A DNA stretch of 64,000 nt. Source: Thermodesulfobacteriota bacterium (GTDB taxonomy: Bacteria > Desulfobacterota > Desulfobaccia > Desulfobaccales > 0-14-0-80-60-11). The stretch spans positions 139,808 to 203,807 of the forward strand of contig JBMORG010000027.1 in NCBI GenBank assembly GCA_049322355.1. Reading direction: 5' to 3'. The notes beneath the pieces were generated by a model. The model ran no database searches. It worked only from the letters and a program-made list of their open reading frames with translations, and was not told where the DNA came from. Below, piece after piece: positions 33,952 through 43,264 of the stretch; the stretch's first letter is position 1, and each line of letters begins with the position of its first letter. Made by a program: the position numbers and the translations under genes.

Positions 33952-35391
33952 TTAAACCGGCTTGGGCAAAGCCGCGGCGATGGCGGAAATCGCCTGCAAC
34001 AAGGGATCGGGAAGAATGCCCAGCCACAGAATCGCCGCCAGGATCAACGCGCCGGCCAAACCGATGCCCGGGTCCACGCCGGGGACGGGGATCCCCGGCC
34101 CTCTTTCGTGCATATAGAGGTGGATCACAAAATTAATATAGTAGTAAACGGAAATTATTGCAGTGAGCATTCCCAGCACCGCCAGGGTGATGAAATTGGC
34201 GTTCAGCACCGCTCGGAAGAGCACTAATTTCCCCATGAAACCCGCGGTGGGGGGCAGCCCCAGCAAAGAGATGAGGCAGACGGCCAGGATAGCGGCGCGC
34301 CAGGGGTGCGTATAGCCCAGACCCTGGTAATCCGAAAGCTCCTCCAGGTGGGTGTCCCCCCCGGAAAAGCTGCCGATAAGCCCGAAGGCCCCCAAATCCA
34401 TGATGGCATAGACCGCCAGGTAAAACATTATTGCGGGCAGGCCGCCGTCCTTGACGGCCACCAGGGTCATGAACAGGTAACCCATCTGGGCGATGGAGGA
34501 ATAGGCCAGGAGCCGCTTGACTTTGGTTTGATAAAGCGCGGTGAGGTTGCCCACGGCCATGGTCAAGAGCGCCAGGACCCACAGAACCGGCCAGGCGTAG
34601 TCCCAGACCAAGGGCGCCGCCAGCCATGCAAAGCGTAATAACGCCGCAAACAGGGCCACCTTGGAGCCGGTGGATAAAAACGCGGTGATGGGGGCCGGGG
34701 ATCCCTGGTAGACGTCGGGGGTCCAGAGGTGAAAGGGCACCAGGGAGATTTTGAACCCCATACCCGTCAATACCAGGGCCAGGGCCAGAAGGATGACCGA
34801 CAACTGCTCGGGGTAGGACTGGGCCGCGGCCAGGGACGCCGCGATCTGGAGGGTCCCGGTCATGGCATAGAGGAGCGCCAGGCCGAAGGTCAGGAAGGCG
34901 GAGGCCACCGCGCCCATGATGAAATATTTCAGGGCCGCCTCATTGCCGTAAGGTTCGCCCTTGTTAATGGCGATGAGGACATAGAGGGACAGGGACAGAA
35001 GTTCCAACCCCAAAAAGAAGATCACCCAGTTGGCGCTGGACACCACCAGCACCATCCCCAGGACGGCAAAAATCAGCAGGGCGTACAATTCATCCCCGGA
35101 GAAGCCACGAATCAGGCTGTATTGGCGCATGAAGAGCAGAGTGATGAGGGTGATGAAGATCAGGAGCAGGGAAAAGAAGCGGGAGTAGCCGTCCAGATCC
35201 AACATGCCTTCGAAGCCAGGGTTGGAATATGGCAGAAGGAAAACCACCCCCGCGGCCAGGGCGGTGAGCAGGGCCAGGGCAAAGAGCAGACTTTGCGGCC
35301 GCCCTTGCCAAAAGGCGCCGACCAGGAAGATGAGGGTGCCCCCGCCCGCGAGGCTCAGGAAGGGTAGGAGGCTAATCCAGTCGGTGGCCAT
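33952..35391 (-). CDS. nuoN: NADH-quinone oxidoreductase subunit N
   Basis: 479-aa polytopic antiporter-like subunit. KxxLVPFHLWTPDVYQG motif. Last gene of the nuo string. Confidence 0.9.
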   Translation of the reverse strand: MATDWISLLPFLSLAGGGTLIFLVGAFWQGRPQSLLFALALLTALAAGVVFLLPYSNPGFEGMLDLDGYSRFFSLLLIFITLITLLFMRQYSLIRGFSGDELYALLIFAVLGMVLVVSSANWVIFFLGLELLSLSLYVLIAINKGEPYGNEAALKYFIMGAVASAFLTFGLALLYAMTGTLQIAASLAAAQSYPEQLSVILLALALVLTGMGFKISLVPFHLWTPDVYQGSPAPITAFLSTGSKVALFAALLRFAWLAAPLVWDYAWPVLWVLALLTMAVGNLTALYQTKVKRLLAYSSIAQMGYLFMTLVAVKDGGLPAIMFYLAVYAIMDLGAFGLIGSFSGGDTHLEELSDYQGLGYTHPWRAAILAVCLISLLGLPPTAGFMGKLVLFRAVLNANFITLAVLGMLTAIISVYYYINFVIHLYMHERGPGIPVPGVDPGIGLAGALILAAILWLGILPDPLLQAISAIAAALPKPV

Positions 35392-35430
35392 GATTTTATT
35401 GTGCCCTTAAAGAGTTTGACATAACTTAAT

Positions 35431-35572
35431 CACATGAGCTTCTTGCAAAATTCTCCTTATTTGTCATTCTGAGGGAGCGCAAGCGACCGAAGAATCTCAA
35501 TAAGGTCAGTAACATAAGAGATCGTTCGCTGCGCTCAGGACGACAAAACGCCTTTTTGCAAGCTCACATGTG
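35431..35572. repeat. Nested palindrome: outer arms CACATGAGCTTCTTGCAAAA / TTTTGCAAGCTCACATGTG enclosing family 2 copy b (35461-35547)
   Basis: Inner element ttgtcattctgagggagcgcaagcgaccgaagaatctc ... gagatcgttcgctgcgctcaggacgacaa. The outer arms are imperfect inverted repeats. Confidence 0.8.
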
Positions 35573-35574
35573 GA

Positions 35575-35670
35575 TTTTTAAATCTCCCTAAATCCCCCAT
35601 TTACAAATGGAGACTGTTCAAAGGATTCCGCTAAGTTCCCACCTTTATTAGGGGGGGGTTAAGGGGATTC
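35575..35670 (+). repeat. Family 5 about 95-bp element, copy 2
   Basis: tttttaaatctccctaaatcccccatttacaaatggagac...tccgctaagttcccaccttt...ggggggggttaaggggattc. Colinear with 8110-8207. Confidence 0.8.
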
Positions 35671-35714
35671 TGATTTTTATCGCATAACGATATGGAAAGA
35701 TTTTAACCATCGCC

Positions 35715-36329
35715 CTAACCTTTGAGCTTTTTGGCAATTTCCGCCACCCGGCGCCCCAGGGCCTTGGCGATCTCCAGGTCTTCCGGGGTGGGGTTAAGCT
35801 CGTTGCGTCCCCCGGCTATGGTGGTGGCGGCATACGGAGTGCCGCCCCGGCCTTCGGTGTGGAACATACCAGGCGTGGAATAGGGCACGCCCACGATGAG
35901 AAAACCCAGATGCAGCAGAGGGGCCATCATGGTCATGGCCGTGGTCTCCTGGCCGCCGTGGGTGGTGGCTGTGGAAACTAGAATTCCTGCAGGTTTGTCC
36001 TCCAACGCCCCGGAGAGCCACAGATCGATGGTTTGATCAAAGTACTGTTTCATCTGGGCGCACATGTTGCCATAGCGGGTCGGGGTGCCGAAGATGACGC
36101 CGTCCGCGTCCCGCAGGTCATCCATGGTAGCGATGGGGATGTCCTGCTGTTGGGCCAGAACTTCCTGGGCATGCTTGCTGCCCTGCAACTTGGGGAGGTT
36201 GTAATCCAGGTCCTGGACCCGGCGCAGGACCACTTCGACACCGGTCACTGCCTGGGCCCCTTCCGCTGCGGCCCGCGCCATTTTCAGGACGTGTCCGTAC
36301 ATGGAGTAATAGACGATCAGGATTTTCAT
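35715..36329 (-). CDS. wrbA: WrbA-type flavodoxin-like NAD(P)H:quinone oxidoreductase, embedded between nuoM and nuoN
   Basis: MKILIVYYSMYGHVLKMARAAAEGA is the WrbA N-terminal signature. 204 aa. Confidence 0.9.
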   Translation of the reverse strand: MKILIVYYSMYGHVLKMARAAAEGAQAVTGVEVVLRRVQDLDYNLPKLQGSKHAQEVLAQQQDIPIATMDDLRDADGVIFGTPTRYGNMCAQMKQYFDQTIDLWLSGALEDKPAGILVSTATTHGGQETTAMTMMAPLLHLGFLIVGVPYSTPGMFHTEGRGGTPYAATTIAGGRNELNPTPEDLEIAKALGRRVAEIAKKLKG

Positions 36330-36365
36330 GGTGTTTTCCCTTTATGAAATGAGTTGATGGTTTGG

Positions 36366-36462
36366 CTCGTCCCCAACTTGCACTTGGAAACGAACTGGGG
36401 CCCAAGGGCCCAAGCTCAGCCTGAAAACATCATCCCGTCCCCAAACACAGCCTGGGAACGAG
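36366..36462. repeat. Family 4 (CCCAAG...CTTGGG) degenerate hairpins in the nuoM-wrbA spacer
   Basis: ctcgtccccaacttgcacttggaaacgaac and gtccccaaacacagcctgggaacgag. Related to the perfect copies at 41282-41367. Confidence 0.65.
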
Positions 36463-36471
36463 TGTAAACCG

Positions 36472-37974
36472 TTATCCCCCTGTCGCCAGCACGCTGAATT
36501 GGGCCAACAAGTGTTGGACGGGCTGGTCCAGGATACGCAAGACCGGCCCGGGATGTAAACCTATGAATAGGATGGGAAGGGCTAGGACCGCCAGGATAAG
36601 CCCTTCCCGGAAGCAGAGATCGGCGATAACCTCGTTTTTCCGGGGTTGGCCGCAGACTGCGTCCTGGACCATCCTCAGGATATAGACCACGGCCAGAACC
36701 AGGCCGGTGAAACTCAAGATGCCGATTATCGGTTTGGCCTGGAAGGTGCCGATAATGACCAGAATCTCTCCTACGAAATTATTCAACCCCGGCAGACCCA
36801 GGGAAGCCATGGCAAAGAACAGGAAAAATCCGCTGAAAACAGGTATTTTGCTCCAGAGGCCACCCATGTCCTCGAACTTCCGGGAGTGAATGCGTTCATC
36901 CAGCATGCCCACCATGATGAACAGGGCGGTGGTGGAGAGCCCATGGTTGATCATTTGCAGGATGGAGCCGGTCAGGGTCATCATATTCCAAACCGCCAGG
37001 CCCACAACCATGAGGCCCATGTGGCCGATGCTGGAATAGGCCACCAGGCGTTTCATATCGGTTTGGGCCAGGGCCACCCACGAGGCGTAGAACATGCCGA
37101 CTAAGCCCAGGCCGATTAGGACCGGGATGGAGCCCCGGGCGGCCTCGGGAAAGAGAGGAAAGCCGAACCGGAAGAGGGCGTAAAACCCCGCCTTCAGCAG
37201 CAGACCGGCCAGGTCCAGGCTCCCCGCAGTGGGGGCATGGGTATGAGTATCCGGCAGCCAGGTATGGAAGGGGATTACGGGGATCTTGATGGCAAAGGCT
37301 AACAAAAAGGCGGCATAGATCCAGGCTTGAGCAGCAGCGCTCAAATGGGTCTGCATCAGTTGGGCGTAAGCGAAGGTGTAAACCCCGGTTTGGGCCCCGT
37401 GGATTAGGTAAAGAGTGATCAGGGCCACCAGCATCAAGAGGCTGCCGCAAAAGGTGAACAGGGCGAACTTGACGGCGGCCTGGACCCGCTTTTCGTGCCC
37501 CCAGATGCCCACCAGGAAGAACATGGGAATGATCTGGACTTCCCAGAACAGGTAAAAGAGCAGCAGGTCGGTGGCCAAAAAGAGGCCCATGACGCCGGTT
37601 TCCAAAAATAATAAATAGAAGTGGAAAGCCCCGATCTTGGTGGTGACGGACCGCCAGGAGATGAGGACGCAGAGGACGTTGATAAAGGCCGTGAGAAGTA
37701 TGAGCAGGAAGCTGATGCCGTCCAGCCCCAGGCTGTAGCGGACGCCCAGGCTGGGGATCCAGGGGTAATCCTCCACCAGGAGCCAGGCACCGGTGGGCCC
37801 GGCCTGGTACTGGAGGTGGGCAAACGCCAGGGAGAGCACCATCCCCAGTTCCATCATGGTAACGCTAAGGGCCAAAGACCGGCACCAAAAGGGACGGCCG
37901 CCGGTGGCCAGAGTGAGCAACCCGCCCAGCAGAGGCAAGAAGATAATGCTCGTCAGGATGGGGAAATCGGTCAT
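36472..37974 (-). CDS. nuoM: NADH-quinone oxidoreductase subunit M
   Basis: 500-aa antiporter-like subunit. FAIKIPVIPFHTWLPDTH motif. Confidence 0.92.
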   Translation of the reverse strand: MTDFPILTSIIFLPLLGGLLTLATGGRPFWCRSLALSVTMMELGMVLSLAFAHLQYQAGPTGAWLLVEDYPWIPSLGVRYSLGLDGISFLLILLTAFINVLCVLISWRSVTTKIGAFHFYLLFLETGVMGLFLATDLLLFYLFWEVQIIPMFFLVGIWGHEKRVQAAVKFALFTFCGSLLMLVALITLYLIHGAQTGVYTFAYAQLMQTHLSAAAQAWIYAAFLLAFAIKIPVIPFHTWLPDTHTHAPTAGSLDLAGLLLKAGFYALFRFGFPLFPEAARGSIPVLIGLGLVGMFYASWVALAQTDMKRLVAYSSIGHMGLMVVGLAVWNMMTLTGSILQMINHGLSTTALFIMVGMLDERIHSRKFEDMGGLWSKIPVFSGFFLFFAMASLGLPGLNNFVGEILVIIGTFQAKPIIGILSFTGLVLAVVYILRMVQDAVCGQPRKNEVIADLCFREGLILAVLALPILFIGLHPGPVLRILDQPVQHLLAQFSVLATGG

Positions 37975-37987
37975 TAAGGCACCCGGC

Positions 37988-39859
37988 CTACCAGTTCCAA
38001 CTCATGGCTAAAACCATGAAAATCACGGTTAGTCCCAAAAACAGCATGGTCAAATAGGTGGACAGCCTTCCGGTGGTCCATAAACCCATGAAACCGGAAA
38101 AGGCCTTGAAGCCGCCCGCGGCCTTCTCGAAACCGGCGTCCACGCCTCTTTCATCTACGTTCTGCCACAAGATGTCTGCAAGCCGCTCATAGGGCCGGAC
38201 AAAAACCCTGAGATAGAGCCGATCCAGGTAGAAGGCGTTAAAGAGTGGGTCCTGGAAGGCACCCCACAAGTCGGGCCGGGGCTGCCGGAAAACCGCATAC
38301 GTCAGCCACAAGGTCAGGAGCACCAGGAGCGCGCCGGTCAGCCCCAGACCCCAGGAAACCACGGAAGAGGCCCCGAGGTCCGGACGGGCGCCGGGCACCG
38401 AGGCCAGAAAGTTGGCCAGCCAGTTTTTCCCTGGGCCGAAGGGCAGATTGAGGAGACCGTCGCCAAGGGCCAGGATGGCCAGGGGCCATAACACCCAGAC
38501 CATGAGCCGGGGGACGGTTTTGACGGACTCGGCTGTGCGGCCGTCGGGACGTGCCAGGAAGGCCGCAAAGAACATGCGAAAGGTGTAGAGCACCGTCAAC
38601 GCGGCCCCCAGGAGCCCCGTGGCCCAAAACACCTTATAGATGGGCTGGGGATGGAGGAAGGCGGCTTCCAGAATCCGGTCCTTGCTGAAAAAACCGCCGA
38701 TCATGGGGAAGGCCGCCAGCGACAGGGCCCCGATCAAAAACGGCCAATAGACCTGGGGCATCAGGCGGCGCAGGTTGCCCATCTTAAAAATAGAGTGTTC
38801 CTCATCCAGGGCCTGGATGATGATGCCCGCCCCCAAGAACAGCAGGGATTTGAAAAAGGCGTGGGACAGGAGGTGGAACATGCTGCCGATAATATCCCCG
38901 GCCCCCACCGCCAGGATCATGTAGCCCACCTGGCTGATGGTGGAGTAAGCCAAGACCTTCTTGATGTCGATTTGGGCCAGCGCGGCAAAAGATGAATAGA
39001 GGAGGGTCACCGCGCCTACCGCGGCGATGATGAGCATGGCGCTGGCCGACATCTGCACCACCGGAAAGAGCCGTATGAGGAGATAGACGCCGGCGGTGAC
39101 CATGGTGGCGGCGTGAATCAGGGCGGAAACCGGGGTGGGACCGGCCATGGCGTCGGGCAGCCATACTGTTAACGGCAACTGGGCCGATTTGCCTACGGCC
39201 GCCCATAGGAGCAGCAAGGCCAGGGCGGTGGCCATGGCGTTGCTCAGGGTGGCGGCCTGGGCGTTGATGGACATGATGGATAAGGTCTGAAAAAGAAAAA
39301 AAAGCAGGGCCAGGGCCACCCCGAAGGCCACATCCCCGATGCGGGTCAGAATGAAGGCCTTGCGGCCGGCGTTGGCATAGTCCACGTTGGTGTACCAGAA
39401 GCCGATGAGCCCGTAGGAACAGAATCCCACCCCTTCCCAGCCCAGGTAAACGAAAAGAAGATTATCCGCCAGGGCGATGACCAACATGGAAAAGACGAAG
39501 AGGTTCAGATAGCAGAAGTAGCGGACGTAATCGGCGTCCTCCCGCATGAAGGCCACGGAATAGATATGGATGAGGCTGGAGACAAAGGTGACCATGAGGA
39601 CCATGATCGCGGCCAGGGGATTGAAATAGACGTCCATGGCGGTGGCAAAGGTCCCCACTTGAATCCACTGGAAAAAGGTGATATGGAGCGTGTCTCCCCA
39701 GCCCAATACAAAGGCGATAACCGCCATCACCAAAGCTCCCAGGACACCTAAGCAGGCGATGGCTTCGGAGACCCGCCGGGGCAGCAACCGGCCCACCAGG
39801 GCGTTGATGATGCCCCCCGCCAGGGGAAAGGCCAGCAGGAGCAAAAGAACGGTGGTCAT
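37988..39859 (-). CDS. nuoL: NADH-quinone oxidoreductase subunit L
   Basis: 623 aa. GKSAQLPLTVWLPDAMAGPTPVSALIHAATMVTAGVYL motif and the long C-terminal lateral-helix region. Confidence 0.92.
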   Translation of the reverse strand: MTTVLLLLLAFPLAGGIINALVGRLLPRRVSEAIACLGVLGALVMAVIAFVLGWGDTLHITFFQWIQVGTFATAMDVYFNPLAAIMVLMVTFVSSLIHIYSVAFMREDADYVRYFCYLNLFVFSMLVIALADNLLFVYLGWEGVGFCSYGLIGFWYTNVDYANAGRKAFILTRIGDVAFGVALALLFFLFQTLSIMSINAQAATLSNAMATALALLLLWAAVGKSAQLPLTVWLPDAMAGPTPVSALIHAATMVTAGVYLLIRLFPVVQMSASAMLIIAAVGAVTLLYSSFAALAQIDIKKVLAYSTISQVGYMILAVGAGDIIGSMFHLLSHAFFKSLLFLGAGIIIQALDEEHSIFKMGNLRRLMPQVYWPFLIGALSLAAFPMIGGFFSKDRILEAAFLHPQPIYKVFWATGLLGAALTVLYTFRMFFAAFLARPDGRTAESVKTVPRLMVWVLWPLAILALGDGLLNLPFGPGKNWLANFLASVPGARPDLGASSVVSWGLGLTGALLVLLTLWLTYAVFRQPRPDLWGAFQDPLFNAFYLDRLYLRVFVRPYERLADILWQNVDERGVDAGFEKAAGGFKAFSGFMGLWTTGRLSTYLTMLFLGLTVIFMVLAMSWNW

Positions 39860-39860
39860 G

Positions 39861-40172
39861 TTAACCCTTCATGAGGTTGTAACGGTCCGCATCCACCGTG
39901 CCGGTGCGCCGCTGGGAATAGACGATCAGGGCCAACCCCACGGCCACCTCGCTGGCTGCCACGGCCATGATGAAGAGGACGAAGGCCTGGCCGTCCAGGT
40001 GCTGCCAGCGCATGGCGGCCCCGATGAAGGCCAGGCCTGCGGCGCTGAGCATAACTTCCACCCCGATCAGGATCATGATGAGGTTGCGGCGGGCGATGGC
40101 GCAGCCGGCCCCCAGCAAAAACAGGATCACCGCCAGGATGAGCACGTGGCTGTAAGGTACGAGTTCCACCAT
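39861..40172 (-). CDS. nuoK: NADH-quinone oxidoreductase subunit K
   Basis: 103 aa with three TM helices. GVEVMLSAAGLAF...AAASEVAVGLALIV motif. Confidence 0.9.
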   Translation of the reverse strand: MVELVPYSHVLILAVILFLLGAGCAIARRNLIMILIGVEVMLSAAGLAFIGAAMRWQHLDGQAFVLFIMAVAASEVAVGLALIVYSQRRTGTVDADRYNLMKG

Positions 40173-40175
40173 GGT

Positions 40176-40682
40176 TCAGCCTCCGGTTTTCTCGCCCCGG
40201 CCCAGGTATAAGCCGCCCACCAGGGCCACGAACAACAGGAAAGAAGCAATCTCCACCCCCAGCCAGTATTTTTGGAAAATAAAGCGGCCAAAATCCAAAG
40301 GCGAGGCCATTACTAGAGGTAGAACCCGGTTGCTGCCCGATTCCAGGAGAATAAACACAAACATGACAATGAAGGAGATTCCGCCCAGGGCCAGGGCCGG
40401 AAACCAACGCCGCAAAAAGGGCCATAGGGTGGCGTCGTCTGTTTTGATTTCCAGCATCATGACGATGAACAGGAAGAGCACCATGATGGCCCCGGCATAA
40501 ATGACCACCTCCAGGATCGCCAGGAAGGGCGCTCCCAACAGATAGAACAGCAGGGCGGTGGCGATGAACGAACCCACCAGATAGACAATGGCGTGCATGA
40601 CGTTGCGGCGGGTGATGGCCATAATGGTAAAGGCCACGATGATTGCGGCAAGTATGTAGAAAATAACGGCATAAAGGTTCAT
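40176..40682 (-). CDS. nuoJ: NADH-quinone oxidoreductase subunit J
   Basis: 168-aa membrane protein. NVMHAIVYLV...LGAPFLAILEVVIYAGAIMVLFLFVVMML-type motif. Position is between nuoI and nuoK. Confidence 0.88.
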   Translation of the reverse strand: MNLYAVIFYILAAIIVAFTIMAITRRNVMHAIVYLVGSFIATALLFYLLGAPFLAILEVVIYAGAIMVLFLFIVMMLEIKTDDATLWPFLRRWFPALALGGISFIVMFVFILLESGSNRVLPLVMASPLDFGRFIFQKYWLGVEIASFLLFVALVGGLYLGRGEKTGG

Positions 40683-40701
40683 GGCAAGGTCCTGTACATC
40701 T

Positions 40702-41256
40702 TCAGGGGAGATTGCTCCTGAGGTTTACCGGCTTGGCTTCGCCGACGTGGGTGCCCTTGGCTCCCACCATGGCCACCCCGGCATGGCGGTAAAAATTGTA
40801 GTCGGGATGTTTGCCGCCGTGATTCACCAGCAAATCGCGCTTTTCCGCCACCAGGTTCAGGAGGTCCCGTTCACAAAATTCGAAATGAGGGGTCAGTTGG
40901 ATGGCCAGCGTGGGGCAGGCCTCTTCGCACAGGCCGCAATAAATGCAGCGGGCGAAGTTGATGCGAAACCACCTGGCCCAGCGGCGGCCGTCGGCCCGTT
41001 CCTCGCCTTCCATGGAAATGCAGGACACCGGGCAGACCGCGGCACAGAGATAGCAGGAAACGCAGCGTTCCTCGCCTTCCGGGTCCCGGGTGAGGATGAT
41101 CCGGGCCCGTGTGCGCTCCGGCAGGGGCCGCTTGTATTCCGGGTACTCTTCGGTGACGGGACGGCGGAAAAGGTGCCGAAGCACAACGGCAAAGGCATCC
41201 CACAGCCCGGCCGCGGCCCGTCCGCTTTTCTGCAACCAGTTGAACTTCTCGGCCAT
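40702..41256 (-). CDS. nuoI: NADH-quinone oxidoreductase subunit I (2x[4Fe-4S])
   Basis: True start is MAEKFNWLQKS (ATG 41256). CVSCYLCAAVCP and CIYCGLCEEACP motifs. The track extension to 41397 is read-through of palindromic repeats. Confidence 0.9.
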   Translation of the reverse strand: MAEKFNWLQKSGRAAAGLWDAFAVVLRHLFRRPVTEEYPEYKRPLPERTRARIILTRDPEGEERCVSCYLCAAVCPVSCISMEGEERADGRRWARWFRINFARCIYCGLCEEACPTLAIQLTPHFEFCERDLLNLVAEKRDLLVNHGGKHPDYNFYRHAGVAMVGAKGTHVGEAKPVNLRSNLP

Positions 41257-41281
41257 CTTTTTGATTCCTGTCGCCTTGCCT

Positions 41282-41367
41282 CGTTCCCAAGTTGCACTTG
41301 GGAACGCTTTATTGGAGCCAAGCTGGGCTTGGCATCCATTGTCATTCCCAAGTTTAACTTGGGAATG
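41282..41367. repeat. Three consecutive perfect hairpins (family 4) in the methyltransferase-nuoI spacer
   Basis: CGTTCCCAAG-ttgca-CTTGGGAACG (41282-41306), GCCAAGC-tgg-GCTTGGC (41317-41333), CATTCCCAAG-tttaa-CTTGGGAATG (41343-41367). Confidence 0.85.
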
Positions 41368-41412
41368 AGTTGATAAAGCCATGGAAACCAGGCGCAAAGG
41401 CCCGACTACCGG

Positions 41413-41994
41413 TTATTTTCGGATAAATATAATCAAATAGTTGTAAGGCCCTAATTTTGCCGCCTTTTGCCGCTTAAAGCCATAGGGGGAAACCAGATTT
41501 TCCACTTCCTCCGGGTCCAGCCGGATATGCCGGGGAGGGCCCGGGGGGCCGTCGATCTTGTCGAATTCCACAATGGCAAGACAACCGCCGGGCTTGAGCA
41601 CCCGGGCCAATTCATTCAGGGCGACGGCGTCCGTCCCGGCTTCCACCAGGTCATGGAGCACGGTGGCCATAAAGGCCACATCCACGCTGTGGTCTGTCAA
41701 AGGGACCTTTCCCGCCGAAGATACCATGGCCTTGATGTTGGTTCGTCCTGCTTTGGCAGCCCTTTCTTTTAGGGCGGCAATCCCTTCTTCCCATAAATCC
41801 ACGGCGTAAATTACACCGGTAGGTCCGATAATTTCTGCCGCGGCCAGGGCGTAATTGCCAGCCCCGCAGCCCAAATCGAGGAAAGTCGTTTCCGAAGGTA
41901 GATTTAGTTCGCTCCAGAGGGCTTCAGGATTAATCAGGTCAAAGCTGCTTTTTCCCGCGCCCGGGGGTTTGTGGGGGTCACTATGATTTGCCAT
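41413..41994 (-). CDS. Class I SAM-dependent methyltransferase embedded between nuoH and nuoI
   Basis: Start is MANHSDPHKPP (ATG 41994). Motif I FLDLGCGAGNYA and LKPGGCLAIVEF. The track extension to 42240 runs through the family 1 repeat. Confidence 0.75.
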   Translation of the reverse strand: MANHSDPHKPPGAGKSSFDLINPEALWSELNLPSETTFLDLGCGAGNYALAAAEIIGPTGVIYAVDLWEEGIAALKERAAKAGRTNIKAMVSSAGKVPLTDHSVDVAFMATVLHDLVEAGTDAVALNELARVLKPGGCLAIVEFDKIDGPPGPPRHIRLDPEEVENLVSPYGFKRQKAAKLGPYNYLIIFIRK

Positions 41995-42068
41995 TTTGCC
42001 TCTATCTTTTCTGTAAGGAGGTCCTGGTGTAGCATCCCGGGTAAAAATTGCACAAACCACCTGTTTTT

Positions 42069-42168
42069 TCCCTTCCCCTTGATGGGGGAGGGTCAGGGTG
42101 GAGGTGAACCTGACTGATTTCGTTGCCTTTCCCCCTCCCCCCAACCCCCTCCCACCAGGCGAGGGGGA
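42069..42168 (+). repeat. Family 1 bipartite element, copy 4
   Basis: TCCCTTCCCCTTGATGGGGGAGGGTCAGGGTGGAGGTGA ... CCCCCTCCCCCCAACCCCCTCCCACCAGGCGAGGGGGAG, in the nuoH-methyltransferase spacer. Confidence 0.85.
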
Positions 42169-42258
42169 GTTTAAAGGCCTGGCTTTTCGAAATGTCTTTG
42201 CGGAACACAATACCAGGTGTCCTTTATCCGGGGAGGGCAAATAGGTGCGCCTTCCGGA

Positions 42259-43260
42259 TCATAACTTAAATCCCAAGGCCAGCATAACCCCACCGGTGAT
42301 AATGATGTTGAGCAGGGCCACCGGAATCAGGAATTTCCAGCCCAGGTGCATGAGCTGATCATAGCGCAACCGCCCCAGGGTGCCCCGAATCCAGATAATC
42401 ACAAAGACTACAAATGCGATCTTGAGCAACAACCACAACAGCGGCGGCAGGAACGGCCCCCGCCAGCCCCCCAGGAAAAAGACCGAGACCAGGGCCCCCA
42501 GGGTCACCATGGTGACGTACTCACCCAGAAAATAGAGGCCGAAGCGCATGCCGCTGTATTCCATGTGGTAGCCGGCGATGAGCTCATGTTCCGCCTCCGG
42601 GATATCGAAGGGAATGCGCTTCATTTCGGCTACCGAACTCATGAAAAAAATGATGAAGGCTAGGGGCTGAAACACGATAAAGGGGCAGCGGGCCTGGGCG
42701 TTGACGATGTCCACCAGGCTGAAGGACCGGGCCATCATGACGATGGGGACCAGGGACAGCCCCAGGGCCAATTCGTAGCTGATCATCTGGGCCGCGCCCC
42801 GGATGGCCCCCAGGAGACTGTACTTGGAGTGGGAGGCCCAGCCGCCCAGGGCCACGCCGTAGACCGCCAGGGAGGACAGGGCGTAAACATAAAGCAGGCC
42901 GACGTTGAGGTCCACCACCACCCCGGGGATGGGATGGCCTCGAATCGTCCACCCAGGGGCAAAGGGCACTACGGCAAAGATGAGGATGGCAGTGCCGGCC
43001 ACCACCACCGGAGCGTAGAGAAAGATAAACCGGTCTGCGCCCGCGGGGATGAGGTCTTCTTTGGTGAGGAGCTTGACGGCGTCAGCCAGGGGTTGCAAAA
43101 GTCCTAAAGGACCGGCCCGGTTGGGACCCAGGCGAATCTGGAGGAATCCCAGGAGCCGGCGTTCCACGTAAATCAGGTAAGCCGCCAACAGCAGCAGGGC
43201 CACCAGCACCACCAGCAATTTCACGATCAATAAGCCGATTCCGGCAACCCAGAGGCTCAT
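42259..43260 (-). CDS. nuoH: NADH-quinone oxidoreductase subunit H
   Basis: Start at MSLWVAG (ATG 43260). ERRLLGFLQIRLGPNR and AEMKRIPFDIPEAEHELIAGYHMEYSG motifs. Confidence 0.92.
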   Translation of the reverse strand: MSLWVAGIGLLIVKLLVVLVALLLLAAYLIYVERRLLGFLQIRLGPNRAGPLGLLQPLADAVKLLTKEDLIPAGADRFIFLYAPVVVAGTAILIFAVVPFAPGWTIRGHPIPGVVVDLNVGLLYVYALSSLAVYGVALGGWASHSKYSLLGAIRGAAQMISYELALGLSLVPIVMMARSFSLVDIVNAQARCPFIVFQPLAFIIFFMSSVAEMKRIPFDIPEAEHELIAGYHMEYSGMRFGLYFLGEYVTMVTLGALVSVFFLGGWRGPFLPPLLWLLLKIAFVVFVIIWIRGTLGRLRYDQLMHLGWKFLIPVALLNIIITGGVMLALGFKL

Positions 43261-43264
43261 GGGG

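Noticed and set aside
41995-42240. N-terminal 82-codon extension of the nuo-embedded methyltransferase ORF, and the analogous extensions of nuoI (41257..41397), tkt (53051..53140), rpiB (55005..55124), gnd (57675..57719) and nuoH (43261..43317)
   Set aside because: Most extensions read through palindromic repeat elements or lack an SD. In each case an internal ATG preceded by a good SD (weaker for nuoH) begins where family homology begins.
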